Shown: positions 46,811 to 58,245, numbered from the whole stretch's first letter. The stretch: 63,086 bases of DNA, filler included, from Olpidium bornovanus S191 (GCA_017911155.1; 31 parts of 31 records of this genome joined end to end with filler, not necessarily neighbours in it), one strand, 5' to 3'. The notes: generated by a model from the sequence alone, not told the origin. Numbers and translations are program-made.

Positions 46811-48445
46811 CATGCACGACTTCAGGTTTCACACCGGAAATTATCAGCCGTACTGGTACTGGGAGCGGATGCAGGTGAGTCTCTCCGAACAGGCGCAATG
46901 GAAAGAAAAATAAAAATTGAGAAGCCCGAGCGAAGCGGCGGGCCGCGCTGTTCGTTTTTTGTCTTCAACCGTTGTGACGGGTGCGCGGCGGGCAAAAGAA
47001 AAACCTCCCTAAAAACCCCTCCCTTTTGCCGTGCGTGAACTGGATCCGGGGCCCCCCTTTTTTCCCCCCCCCCTCCCCCCCCCCCCCGCCCCCGCGTCTT
47101 CCCCACGCCAGTTTTTCCGTTCCAATTTTTTCGCCGGCCACATCGGAGTTACCGCGGCGGAGATCGACCAGCGCCGGCGGGCGGGCCGTCTAGTTTCCGC
47201 CATCGGCGGCGACGTGTACGACCTGACGCTGTACGACCAGGGCCAGCGGATCTTCCTCGCCCCCCCGAACTACACCCCCATGGGGTCGAAGGACTTCCTT
47301 CCCGCGTCCCTGATCCAGCTCTTCACCGGCGGCAGCTCGGACGTCACCGTCCAGTTCGAAAAGATGTTCGCGCCCGCCGACAGAAAATGGATACTGACGT
47401 GCTTGAAGAACATCTTCGCTGTGGGCAAGGTGCGTCCTGGCCACCCCAACCCACCCCCCTTATCTTCCCCGAGAAAGCCGGGGCGGGTTTTTGAACGCCG
47501 CCAAAGTTTATGATGAGGATGTCAGCTGAGGAAATAACGCCGGGCGGGATAAATTTTCCCCCACACCTCACCCTACCCACCCCCCCTCCCACCCCTTCCC
47601 CCACCCCTCCCCTCCCCCCATCCACCCTCCAAAAAAATGAAAAAAAAAAAAACTAAAAAACCAGGTCGACACCCGGCGGTCGCCGCAGTGCATGTTCTCC
47701 GATTACGTCCTGTTGGTCTCGTCCATTCTTCTGATGTCCATAATCGGGTTCAAGTTCCTTGCCGCGCTCCAGCTGAGCGCAATCCGTGAGCCGGAGGAAC
47801 ACGAGAAGTTCGTCATCATCCAGGTGCCCTGCTACACCGAGGACGAGGACTCGCTGCGGAAGACGATCGATTCGGTCGCCGTCCTCCGCTACGACGACAA
47901 GCGGAAGTTGCTGGTCGTGATCGCGGACGGCATGATTGTGGGCGGCGGCAACGACAAGCCGACGCCGCAGATCGTCCTCGACATCCTGGGGCACGAGCAA
48001 GACGCCGACAGCGAGCCGGAGTCGCTGAGCTTCCTGTCGATCGGCGAGGGGAACCGGCAGCACAACATGGGCAAGGTCTACGCCGGCCTGTACGAGTGCA
48101 AGGGCCACGTCATACCGTACGTGGTGGTCGTGAAGGTCGGCAAGGCGACGGAGCGGAGCCGCCCGGGAAACCGCGGCAAGCGCGATTCGCAGATGATCCT
48201 CATGCGCTTCCTGCACCACGTGCACCACGGCACGCCGATGAACCCGCTCGAGCTGGAAATCTACCACCAGATCAAAAACGTCATCGGGGTGCACCCCACC
48301 TTCTACGAGTATATTCTGATGGTTGACGCGGATACGGAAGTGCTCCCGGACTCGCTCAACCGCATGGTGTCGTGCATGGTCCACGACTCGCGCATCATGG
48401 GCTTGTGCGGGGAGACGTCCATATCGAACGAGAAGTCGACGTGGG
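46811..48445 (+). CDS. chitin synthase, division 2 (class V/VII-like), internal fragment
   Basis: Cytochrome-b5-like VYDLT segment, QVPCYTEDEDSLRKTIDS, LVVIADGMIVG, GNRGKRDSQ, YEYILMVDADT, GLCGET. Confidence 0.95.
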
Positions 48446-48545
48446 NNNNNNNNNNNNNNNNNNNNNNNNNNNNNNNNNNNNNNNNNNNNTTAATTAATTA
48501 ANNNNNNNNNNNNNNNNNNNNNNNNNNNNNNNNNNNNNNNNNNNN

Positions 48546-50484
48546 CCATGGCGGCTATAGGAACCGAAACTTCGCCGTCTGGCTTTCGTGTTAGAGAGCC
48601 GTACACTAGTGCTCGAGGGCCACTTGCCTTATCACAAAGAATATCATCAGGCGGGCGGGGGGAGTAGGCAACATTTACCTTCGGCCTTTCCTTTCCCGAT
48701 GGGATGCCCGACCTCTTTCAGGAAACCGTTCCAGAGGTCCGTCCACCGAGAGTGCAACTCGTTTCTAGGCACGTCAAACGCGTTCGTCGGGAGCGGGCGC
48801 TTCAAATTTCGCGTCGATCAAGGGTTCACATCCCCTTTGTGTCAGCGGAGATCCCACAAAAACAGCAGTGAAATGAGACCAAAAAGGATGCAAAAGAAAA
48901 AAAAAATAAAAAATAAAAAATAAACGGTGGCAAAAGCCGGAAGGACCATCCACCGTTCGATCGTACCTCGGCTGCTACATTGGACGTCACCTGGATGCAA
49001 AAATTTCGAAGGAGAGAGTTAAAACTGATTTCTCAGCCCGTAAATCTGGAAAATTCTATCCACGGCCGCGGGGCGGACCCAAGAAAAAAAAAGGTAGGGA
49101 AGGGGATGAGGGGTAAAACGTACGACGCTCGCCGGCTGATTGAACAAAATGTCATACTCCTTCTTTGCCTTTCGTTAATCAAAAAAGAGAACCAAGATTA
49201 TCTTTTTTTTGCCCTTGCAAGTTCAGCTCTCTAATCCCTCCCCCCATACCCCACACCCCCGTCAAACGTCCCAGTCTCAGGTACGCCAGCAAACGTTGAA
49301 TGCTTTAAACTGGCCAAAAAAGTGCCTCGGGCGGTGCAAAAGATTCAAACTCGTTCTTTCACTCGACCTCGACAGCGTTAACACCCACCGGGGTCCATGC
49401 GGGGCGGGACGGAAGGGCAAGGAAGCAGCCGCGGGCGCGCTGCACAAAATCCTACTCACCATCGCTTTGATCTTTTCAACGTGTTGGTTGATCCCCGACG
49501 GAGTCACTCCGAAGTTGCTGGGGGTGAGGTGGCCCATACCTAGGTGTTTGAACACTTCCTTGTAGCACTAAAAAGAAAAATTGGCGTGGCCCGGGGGGTT
49601 AGGGGTTCGGCGGTTGGGGGAAAGGGCGGGGGTAAAAATTTACACAGGAGGGAAAGAAAATAACCTTGTGCTAGCTGAGATTACTCCAAGAGGCTCATCG
49701 TCCTCTACTCAACCAATTACACCTTACCTTTCCGTAATAGCAAGGAACTCCACTGAGATATTCTTTGAACTTGTTCATCCATGACGGCGAAGCAGCAGCG
49801 TTAGGCTGCTTCCGGAATTCCTCTAAACAGGACGGTTGAAGTCAGAAAACAGGTGGCCTATAGGGGTAGGGGTGGACAGAATTTGTGCTGCCGCCTGTCA
49901 CAAGATCGGCAGAAGCTATCGATTGTCTCCACAGAACCCTACTGGTAAGGTTTTCTGTGGACGAGGGACACTTCCGCATAGCCGAGGGGTGGGGGAGGGG
50001 TTTGGGTCGGGTCAGGCAGGCAGCTTACGCCGCCAAGTGCCTGGCGACGAGTACGAGAACTGGCCCGCTCATACTTTTTCGTTTTTTGTCGCGCTGGCAC
50101 GTCCTTAACCCATCCAAACCCCAGGGGATCTGGCCCACCCAACCAGATACGCGCCATGGGACCAGATTCGAATGGGAGCTACCGACTACGGCCAACGGGG
50201 ATGTGGAACCTACCAATCAGCGTAAAAAGGTGCGGGAAGTTGAAAGGGAGCACGTAAAGCGTGACACCGCCACTGGTGTTGCCGCGGAGAAAGCCGAACG
50301 GCGCTGCACGGTCAGAACGGTCCCTGCGCTGTGACCCTCGTACGCACACCGGCCAGCATTGAACATTCCTCCCGATGCCGGGAACAACTGTGGAGGCGAT
50401 CAGCTGCGCTAAAGGCTGGTGTTCCTCTTGTTGCAATTCGTATTTGTCGAAGGGGAAGCCGGCGGGGATCACGATTGACTCCGT
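48546..50484 (-). CDS. INTS6: Integrator complex subunit 6 (INTS6/DDX26)-like, internal fragment
   Basis: Exon 50484-50214 (PFDKYEL..CWPVCV..PFGFL..VTLYVLPFNFPHLFTLI), 49822-49728 (SWMNKFKEYLSGVPCYY), 49567-49460 (YKEVFKHLGMGHL..), about 48800 (TNAFDVPRNEL) and about 48570 (DGEVSVPIAAMG). These are collinear with remembered animal INTS6 motifs. Confidence 0.82.
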
Positions 50485-50755
50485 CTGACGCGTGTAGCAG
50501 AGAAGCGGTTGACAAGGCCGACCGGACTACATCACCGGAGTGTTGATCAAGTATGATACGTCACCGACGTATACACACCCATGCNNNNNNNNNNNNNNNN
50601 NNNNNNNNNNNNNNNNNNNNNNNNNNNNTTAATTAATTAANNNNNNNNNNNNNNNNNNNNNNNNNNNNNNNNNNNNNNNNNNNNAAACAAACGAATCAAA
50701 GGCGCGCCCGTCTGGGCCAGATTGCGGCTTTCCGCTCATGTCTCTGATTGGGGAC

Positions 50756-51896
50756 CCGTACCTTGACCGCGGCCATGACGGCCCGGATGACCGGGTTCAG
50801 CTTGGCCGGCAGGTTGCCCATGGCGACCACGGCCGCGGCGACTGCCGCCAGCACGCCGGTTTCCACCCGCCTCCGCATGACCGCGAGGTGCTCCGCGCCG
50901 CCGATGTTCCCCCTCCTGAGGCCCTCGACCTTGGGCGCCGCCGCGGCGAGGGGAAGCGCGTCGCAGCACGTCGCCCCCGCGACCGCCCGCGCCGCGTCCG
51001 CCGTGAACGAGGGCGACCCTCCGGCCCGGGGCGCGTCCAGCGGGGGCAGCTCGGGGACCGCCGCCGGGTTCGCCGCCCCGCCGCCGCCGCCGCCTCCAGC
51101 GGCGGAGAAGACGTCGAGGTTTGGCGCCTTGCAGTTTCCGCGGACGCTCGCCAGCGCCGCCTTCTCTTCCGGAATCACGAGGGAGCCGCCGGATTCCAGG
51201 ATCGAGCAGCACGCGGCGTGGAACGACGCCGCGAGGCGGTTCCGTTCGGTGAAGTCCGTCTGTGAAGAAGACGTTCAGCGCCAACGTCTCTCGCGCCCCC
51301 GTGCCGTTTTGTCAAAACGATTTTACACAGAAGCCGGACCGGCATTGGGGCCCGTACCGTCGCGCCGTCGGCAAGGGAGAACACCGCCCACTCCTCCAGG
51401 ACGACCGCGGCGAGCTGCCGGCTGAGCGCCAGGGGCGAATCCAACTTTTCCGAGAGCACTCTCGCGAAGACGTCTTCTCCCTGCGACGCCAAAGCTGTTT
51501 GAAATCCGTCGACCGACGACCACGTCGAAGCGCCCAAAAATAGGCCCGCCACGTACCCACCTCGCGGTTCCACACGCCCAACAGCCTGCCGAGCGCGGTG
51601 GCCGCCGCGACCCGGCCGCGGACCACGGTCTCGGAGCTGAGGAAAAAGCGGTCCTGGCCCGCCCCGTCCGGCGATCTGGGCCGCACCGAGCCCGAGGACT
51701 GAGGCCTGGGGGCCGCCGCCGCGCCGAAACAGCTCGAGGCCGAGAAGAACAGCCGCGTGTCGATGGGAACGTTGAGGGGCGCCGTCAAGACCGCAAACCA
51801 GTCGCGGACGTGCGGGCCCGACAGGGAAGTGACCCTCTCGGGGTTCTCCCTCGCCCGCTCGACGATCGCCGACCAGACTTGAAGGGAAAGGGCCAC
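50756..51896 (-). CDS. MOT1: TBP-associated ATPase MOT1/BTAF1, middle region fragment
   Basis: ETVVRGRVAAATALG, SRQLAAVVLEEWA, and AAAVVAMGNLPAKLNPVIRAVMAAVK (the LP.KLNP+IR.+M..+K motif). Confidence 0.85.
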
Positions 51897-52361
51897 GATT
51901 TCCTGGTTTTTTTTTTTGCGCGCCGGGACCGCCGCGATTTCGTGAGACCGGGGGGGCCTACGCGGGGAGGATAATGGTTTTTCCCCGGGGCGGGCACGAG
52001 CAAATTTTCTCGGCCCCCTGTACGCACCTCCTTCGTCTCCACGATCATGTNNNNNNNNNNNNNNNNNNNNNNNNNNNNNNNNNNNNNNNNNNNNTTAATT
52101 AATTAANNNNNNNNNNNNNNNNNNNNNNNNNNNNNNNNNNNNNNNNNNNNCATGCAGCAAAAGTTGCAAATCCCGTAGTGCTTTTCCGGCTGAGCTGGTC
52201 GCCAGATCAATACAAAATAATAACTATTATTTCGAAGAATACAATATTGCATAATACATTATCTCCATTAGTAATTCCTAGATTATATAAATTAGTCCAG
52301 TCAGTGTTGACGAAAGTCTTCAGCGGGTAGATGGGCGTGGATCTAATGCATCTGCGGAAGA

Positions 52362-53185
52362 TTAACCCGTAATGCGCGGTTCCAAGGAGATAATGAAAAT
52401 GCCCCGCATTTTGGAGAAGACAAACACTGTCGGCGTTGCGGTAGATCGGGCAAGATAGTTGACGACGAAGGCAATGTCCGGACGCATATGGAGCAAAAGG
52501 TGCAACAGAGTGCCAATTATTGACTTTGATTGTGTTTTGTCGGAATCAGAAAACGTGACATCGCTCAAAAGCGTGTCCACTGCCTGAGATCCGAGCGTGC
52601 CGTCTATTAAGATGAGGCAGAGATTAGCGACTCTTGAGCTTCTTCAATCTTCGTGCAAGCACAATGTTCTTGATCAAGGAAAAAAGAACAGTTATCAAGA
52701 TGCTTAAAGCCGATGCCTGGAAGATGGTGAAGCGGAGCTGGGCTTGTCATCTGAAAATGTTGCGCAATTCGCTCGAGGTCTGGGAGAACATGCGGACCGA
52801 AAGAGATGAGGTCATCAACGTAGACGCCGACAGTAGTTCTGGCGTTGTTGCGGAAAGCCGGTGGCAGCGACAGGACGATGCTTGATGTTTGCAGTTTGCG
52901 GGCGGCGCACTGCCTTTCTGTTGGCGTCGACGAGTCGAAGGGATGGCTCCCCGGGTTGCCGAAGCGAGAGAAGCGGAGACGGCAATGGTCGGCGGCGTCG
53001 ACGAAGCCGAATGGCAGAAGCGTCGACGAGGCCGGAAGGCAGAAGCGTCGACTGGGCCGGAAGGGAGAAGCGTCGACGGAGCCGGGTCAGGTCCGAGTTG
53101 GGCTCATAACCTGTCGAGTTTTTAGTGTTTTGCCGTCCGTAGGCGAACGCGTTTATTCAGAGAAAATATTACTTATGATACAACA
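52362..53185 (-). mobile_element. internally deleted Ty1/copia element: about 74-bp LTR, PBS, leader, RT C-terminal half
   Basis: TGTTG(53185)...CGACA(53112), then PBS GGTTATGAGCCC at 53111-53100. RT motif VGVYVDDLISFG at about 52831-52796; later IIGTLLHLLLHMRPDIAFVVNYLAR. Confidence 0.85.
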
Positions 53186-53253
53186 TTGAGGGGCTCTAAT
53201 TACGCCGTACATTCTACATTCCACACTATCCACAAGATTGTTGCTGCGACCAT

Positions 53254-53412
53254 GAAGAGCTTAAAGTTGAACCAATTTTCGACTACCATTACGACCCTGT
53301 TAATGGTTATAGATTCCCTGTTAAGTGGAAAAATTACCCGTCCTCTGAGAATTTCTGGGATCCTGCTGACGTACCAACCTGTGCATACGAGCGCATTCGT
53401 CAATACTTTTGT
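53254..53412 (+). mobile_element. chromodomain remnant, probably from a chromovirus (Ty3/gypsy) integrase C-terminus
   Basis: EELKVEPIFDYHYDPVNGYRFPVKWKNYPSSENFWDP..AYERIRQYF in a frame absent from the track. Purine run GGGGGGAGGGG at 53551 may be a PPT. Confidence 0.7.
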
Positions 53413-53748
53413 CGAACGCAAATTCCGCTACCTAGTGACGTTAATATATTCTCTCAAAAAACCTGCTCTTTCCTTCTACACCCTCGTTGACCAACTCACA
53501 CCGGCAACGAAGAAGACCAGGTGGACCCGGTTGCGGCGGTCGTCGGGCGTGGGGGGAGGGGCGTCGCGTGTCTGCGTTTCTCTGCAAAGGGAAAAAAAAA
53601 AAAAGGAAAAAGTCTGGCGACGAGAGAGCGGAGGGAGGAAAAAAAAAAAAAAAAACAAAAAAAAAAGAAGAAAAAAACGGCGTGGATTTTCTCCCTATCT
53701 TTCTCCCTGTCTCTTTCCTCTTAGCGCGCGCAATTTTTTCCTTTTTTT

Positions 53749-55030
53749 TGTTGTGAACCGAAAGAGTACGCTCTACGGTCACGTGATCAAAGATGCTAAG
53801 ACCCGGAGGGGAGCTCCCCCTGGAGCTCTTCCTCCCGCCGTCAAACGCAAACGACGGAAGGGAAAAGGAGAGAGGAAGGAAGACGGAAGAGAGCCCCTTT
53901 TCCGCAACACGTTATCAGCACCATTGCCGGCGCCTGCATCATTGCCAAGCGCCCTTAGCTTTGCCCTCTCTCCCGCCGCCGCTTCGCCGCCGCCGCCGCC
54001 GCTTCGCCGCCGCCGCCGCCGCTTCGCCGCCGCCGCCGCCGCTTCGCCGCCGCCGCCGCCGCTTCGCCGCCGCCGCCGCCGCCGCCGTCGCCGCTGCGCA
54101 CCACGCCTTCGCCGCCGCCGCCGCTGCGCCCCGCCACCGCCGTCGCCGCTGCGCTCCACGCCACCGCCGCTCCGCCTTCGCCGCCGCCGCCGCTTCGCCG
54201 CCGTTCGCCGCCACCGCTTCGCCGCTGTTTGCCACCGCTTCGCCGCCGTTTGCCGCCACTTTGCCGCCGTTCGTTCCGTTCGCGTCGCCCGCACCAACCG
54301 TCTCGCCCGCCGAGAAGAGAACCCCGTCCTCCTCCCGGCGCAGCCCATGGGCAACAAGAAGGTTTCGCTTGAATTCGAGCCCCTTGGGGCTGACGGGGAG
54401 AACTACTTCCTCTGGGCCGTCCAAATCCGGAACCTCCTTGTCGTGAACGAGGTGGACGTCGCCGTTGCCATGGACGACACCCCTGCCCAGCAGGCCGAGG
54501 CTGCCGAGTGCTCCCAGGCCATGTGCACGAAGGCCATTGGCTACCTCTGGAGGCATATGGCACACCCTTTGCTTGACCAATACGTCCTCGAACGTAACCC
54601 CGCTGCGTTATGGAAAGCTTTGGCGGGACATTTTAATAACCAACAGGTCCTGCTCTTGCCGCGTGCACAGGACTCATGGATGACCCTGCGAGTCCTCGAC
54701 TACCCGTCGATCGCCTCGTACAATGCCAAGCTCCACGGCATCGTTGCCCAGTTGCGCCTCTGCAGTGAGTCCGTATCAGAGGCGCAAATGATCCAGAAGA
54801 CCCTCTCCACCATGCCGGTGGCCTCGGCCATGTTGGTGCAGCAAATGCGCAATATGGCCTTCAAGATTTATGATGCGCCATGACTCCCCTCCGCCTAGCG
54901 GAGCAGAACCATGAGCGTTTGCTCAGCAATGCGGAACGCCGTCCTGTGGGGGCGGCGGCTCCCAGGGAGGCACACCATGCTGCTGCGAGCAGTAAAGGCA
55001 AGGACCAGATCAACAAGGGCAAGGGCAAGG
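53749..55030 (+). mobile_element. Ty1/copia element resembling the plant Bianca lineage: 161-bp LTR, PBS CGTTATCAGCACCA, gag with one frameshift
   Basis: TGTTG(53749)...CAACA(53909), PBS at 53910-53923. Gag from ATG 54348: LEFEPLGADGENYFLW..LWKALAGHF..LLPRAQDSWMTLRVLDYPSIASYNAKL..QLRLC..MIQKTLST../LAEQNHERLLSN. Confidence 0.85.
53975..54260 (+). repeat. (GCC)n / GCTTCGCCGCC-type trinucleotide-based repeat in the element leader
   Basis: Directly visible ccgccgccgcttcg arrays between the PBS and the gag ATG. Confidence 0.9.
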
Positions 55031-55649
55031 NNNNNNNNNNNNNNNNNNNNNNNNNNNNNNNNNNNNNNNNNNNNTTAATTAATTAANNNNNNNNNNNNNN
55101 NNNNNNNNNNNNNNNNNNNNNNNNNNNNNNCATGATTCTGTGCCATAGATCCTGTTTGAATGACAATTTGTGGCCAACACGCTGTAACAACAAGGAATAG
55201 GATGTTGCGGGCGTTCAAAGTCGGGAAATGAGCGGAGAAATTTCGTCTTTATTTCGTTTTCCAAAGCTAAAAACCGTTGCTGGAATAAACCTCCTTTAGT
55301 CCTCTTGAACAAGCTCCTAGGAGGGGGAGGGGAGCGACGCGGAGCTTTTGCACACCCAACGTTGGACCAACTCGGAAGCGTGCTGCACGGCAGCACGGCC
55401 TGTCTCCGCGTCCTCAGCGCCGGGAGCGACGGCTGAGACGGCCGTTTGCTGCAGCGCGCGTCTCCGCGTGGCTCGATAGCGGAGATGCCCAGCGCGCGCC
55501 TCGCCGGCGCCCCGCCGGCGGAGGCCGCCGGCCGGGCTTCCTTCCCGCCGCCGTCTGGAAACCCTGCGGGCGCCGCCGAGCCGGAAAACCCTCCGGCCCC
55601 GGAAAACGTCGGCTCCGCCGCCGCCCAGAGGAAAATCTCGTGCGGGGCT

Positions 55650-56260
55650 CGCTGGACGGCAAGCGAGTCGGCGGAGCTGGTGTCCCGTGTTCGCAGTTCC
55701 CTGCGGGAGACGGCTTCCCCTCGTTAGAGGATGATCGCCGAGCATTTCCCCGAAAGGTCTCCAGACGCCCTAAAACAAAAGTTTCGGCGTTTGCAGCCAG
55801 GGGTCAGGGCGCAGTTTAGAATGAAATGGTCTGAGAGAGAGACGCCACTAGCGACGCAACTTGTACGGCAGCGTGCGCCGAAACAAACAGTCATTCGGCG
55901 GGAGAGATCCTACGTCAGTGATGAATGAATCGTTTTTAATGCCGCCCTCAGGCCTCTGCGACCGCTGAATTTACCGACCTGCGTCCATTCTTCTCCATTT
56001 GACCCCGAAAGGCATTTATTACTTGCTGGAAAAATCCGCAGACCAGATTGGCAGCCCTATGGAATCCCGTGAACAACGGAAACCGGCTCCATATAGTGAA
56101 CCGCTGCCACGGAAACATAATGAACTATGGCACCTGATGAGATCAGCCTGCTCAAGCAGTTGCGATCGCGGGCCCTTCAAGCAGACAGGGTCAATATTGG
56201 CAAGGATTTGGGGCGCACTGCGTCTGCCTGTGTGCGAAAAGTCCGTGCCGTTCATCCCCG
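55650..56260 (+). pseudogene. degenerate multi-repeat Myb/SANT gene
   Basis: RWTASESAELV..SPR*RMIAEHFPERSPDALKQKFRRL (in-frame TAG at 55725-55727 at or next to the second conserved Trp), KWSERETPL, and a frameshifted APDEISLLKQL..IGKDLGRTASACVRK. Confidence 0.6.
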
Positions 56261-56542
56261 CCTTTGACATTTTAAATCGGTGAAGTCTGACACACGGTTT
56301 AGTCAGGAAATTTTCAAGGAACGAAAGGACTTCTGCCGTTTCGTGTACATGNNNNNNNNNNNNNNNNNNNNNNNNNNNNNNNNNNNNNNNNNNNNTTAAT
56401 TAATTAANNNNNNNNNNNNNNNNNNNNNNNNNNNNNNNNNNNNNNNNNNNNCTTGCGCTGTCGTTTCACCGAGTTTCGCGAATGTGGATGTCGGACTTTT
56501 TGACTTTCGTTCACGTTGGACATACTTGTTTCTTCCGCGCAG

Positions 56543-57448
56543 CCCGATGATAAACACCTGGTCGCCGGCATGTCCACCGGCCTGCTGTCCATTCGACAGC
56601 GGCAGGTCGCGGCGCCGGAGGTGGCCGCCAGGCAAAAGGACGAGAAGGAACTGCACGGCGGCAGCTATAAATGGTTTGTCCGCGGCAAAGGCCACGCGGC
56701 TGCGCCCGACGACTTCCGAATCGAGTCGAAGCGAAGGAAGGCGCTAAAGGACTACGACAAATACCTCAAAGCGTTTCAGTACGGCAATGCGCTGGACGCG
56801 GCGCTGAGCATGGTAGGGGCTTGTCAGCCGTCGGTTGTTTGGGTTTGACGGTCATTTTGCGCGAGCGTATCGGAGACCCTTACCGCCGTGTCCCGCGAAA
56901 CCGTATTTTTGTGCAGCACCCGCCGGCATTGACCGTCGTATCCCTTTTGCAAGAGCTGGTGCACCGGGACGGCCTTCGTGCGGCGCTCGCAGGGCGAGAC
57001 GACATCGCCCTAGAACCCCTGGCTCAGTTTATCGTCAAGAACATCACCAATCCACGTTTCACGCCTCTTCTGGTCGACGTCACGATAACAGTAATAGGTG
57101 CGCTTCACGGTTATTGCGGCGTTCCCTGCGAATCAGCGCCGTTCCTCCGTCTGGGTCCCGCGAAACCTCAAACCACCTCCCCGTTTTCATTGCTGATCCC
57201 GTGCCATCCGTCTTTGCCGGTTTGGTTTTTTTTTTCTAGACATGTACAGCTCGGTGCTCGGTCAGTCCCCGCTCATCGACGAGCTGTTTCAGAAGCTCCA
57301 GTGGCGGCTCACGCAGGAGATCGCGTTCCAGCGAGAGCTGATGAAGGTCCAAGGTGAACTTGAGATGGTGTTCGCGCGGTCGTCGACGCGGCCCGCCACG
57401 CAATTCATGCCGTCGCCGCCGTCGTTGGGCGGCGCGGACGGGTCATAG
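56543..57448 (+). CDS. UTP15: U3 snoRNA-associated protein UTP15, C-terminal part
   Basis: HLVAGMSTGLLSIR, YDKYLKAFQYGNALDAAL|VVSLLQELVHRDGLRAALAGRDDIALEPL|DMYSSVLGQSPLIDELF..GELEM; stop TAG. Confidence 0.92.
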
Positions 57449-58069
57449 AGGGAGTCGCTCGTGTTTTCCTCGACAGCGGGGCCACTCCAAAATTATACCA
57501 AACAAATAAAGTATTTCAAGTATCGTGTTTTTTCTTTTCTTTCCTCGGACTTTAATTTTTGATCCGCGGCACGCCCGCGGTGTGTGTGGTTTTTCGTCGG
57601 GGTTTTTGCGTGTTTGGTTCGCCCCGGTGACGGGAGTGAATTTTACGGCGTTATGAGAGTTACGTAGTACGTAGGGTCCGTCCAGCAAAGCAGCCCGCGC
57701 AACTCAACACTCCTCATCGTTTCGTGCAAAAACAACGGGTTGTGCGATGATGTCGAAAGAAGAAAAAAAAAATTTTGATGGTGTCCTCGAAGAGAACTAA
57801 ACAGGGACGAGGCCAAGAGAAGTGACACCACTCGAAAAATTTGAGGTTTGGGGAAAAGGAGGGGGGATGAAGGGGGGGGGGGGCGTTCTGTAAAAGATTC
57901 AGTGATGTTCGCGGAGGCGCGGAGAGAACTTCAATCGCTCTTAGTCGGAACTTGCTCGGGGACGAAAGATTTATTCCATGCCGATACGCTTTGACTTGCT
58001 ACTGATACGATTGCGATTTGGCCGCGAGTTCAGCCGCTCCTTGATTGTCAACATAAAACGTGGAAGAAC

Positions 58070-58245
58070 AAAATACAGCAAAAACACCAAAATAACTAAA
58101 AAGCAACAAAAAAACAACAAAAAGCAAACAAAAAAACAACAAAAAAACAACAAAAAACAACAAAAAAACAACAACGAAAACAACAAAAACAACAACCAAA
58201 AGCAAAAAAGAAACAAAATCAATAATAAAAAAAACGAAAAAACCA
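58070..58245 (+). repeat. A-rich AAC/AAAC microsatellite-like tract
   Basis: Repeated aacaacaaaaaa units, directly visible. Confidence 0.85.

Noticed and set aside
53186-54883. 565-aa ORF as a single protein
   Set aside because: A composite of an off-frame chromodomain region, A-runs, an LTR, the GCC leader and gag; only the part from 54348 is gag.
55725-55727. TAG reassignment or readthrough as a genetic-code variant
   Set aside because: TAG terminates the UBX and UTP15 genes normally, conserved exons show no in-frame stops, and the same Myb region also has frameshifts.
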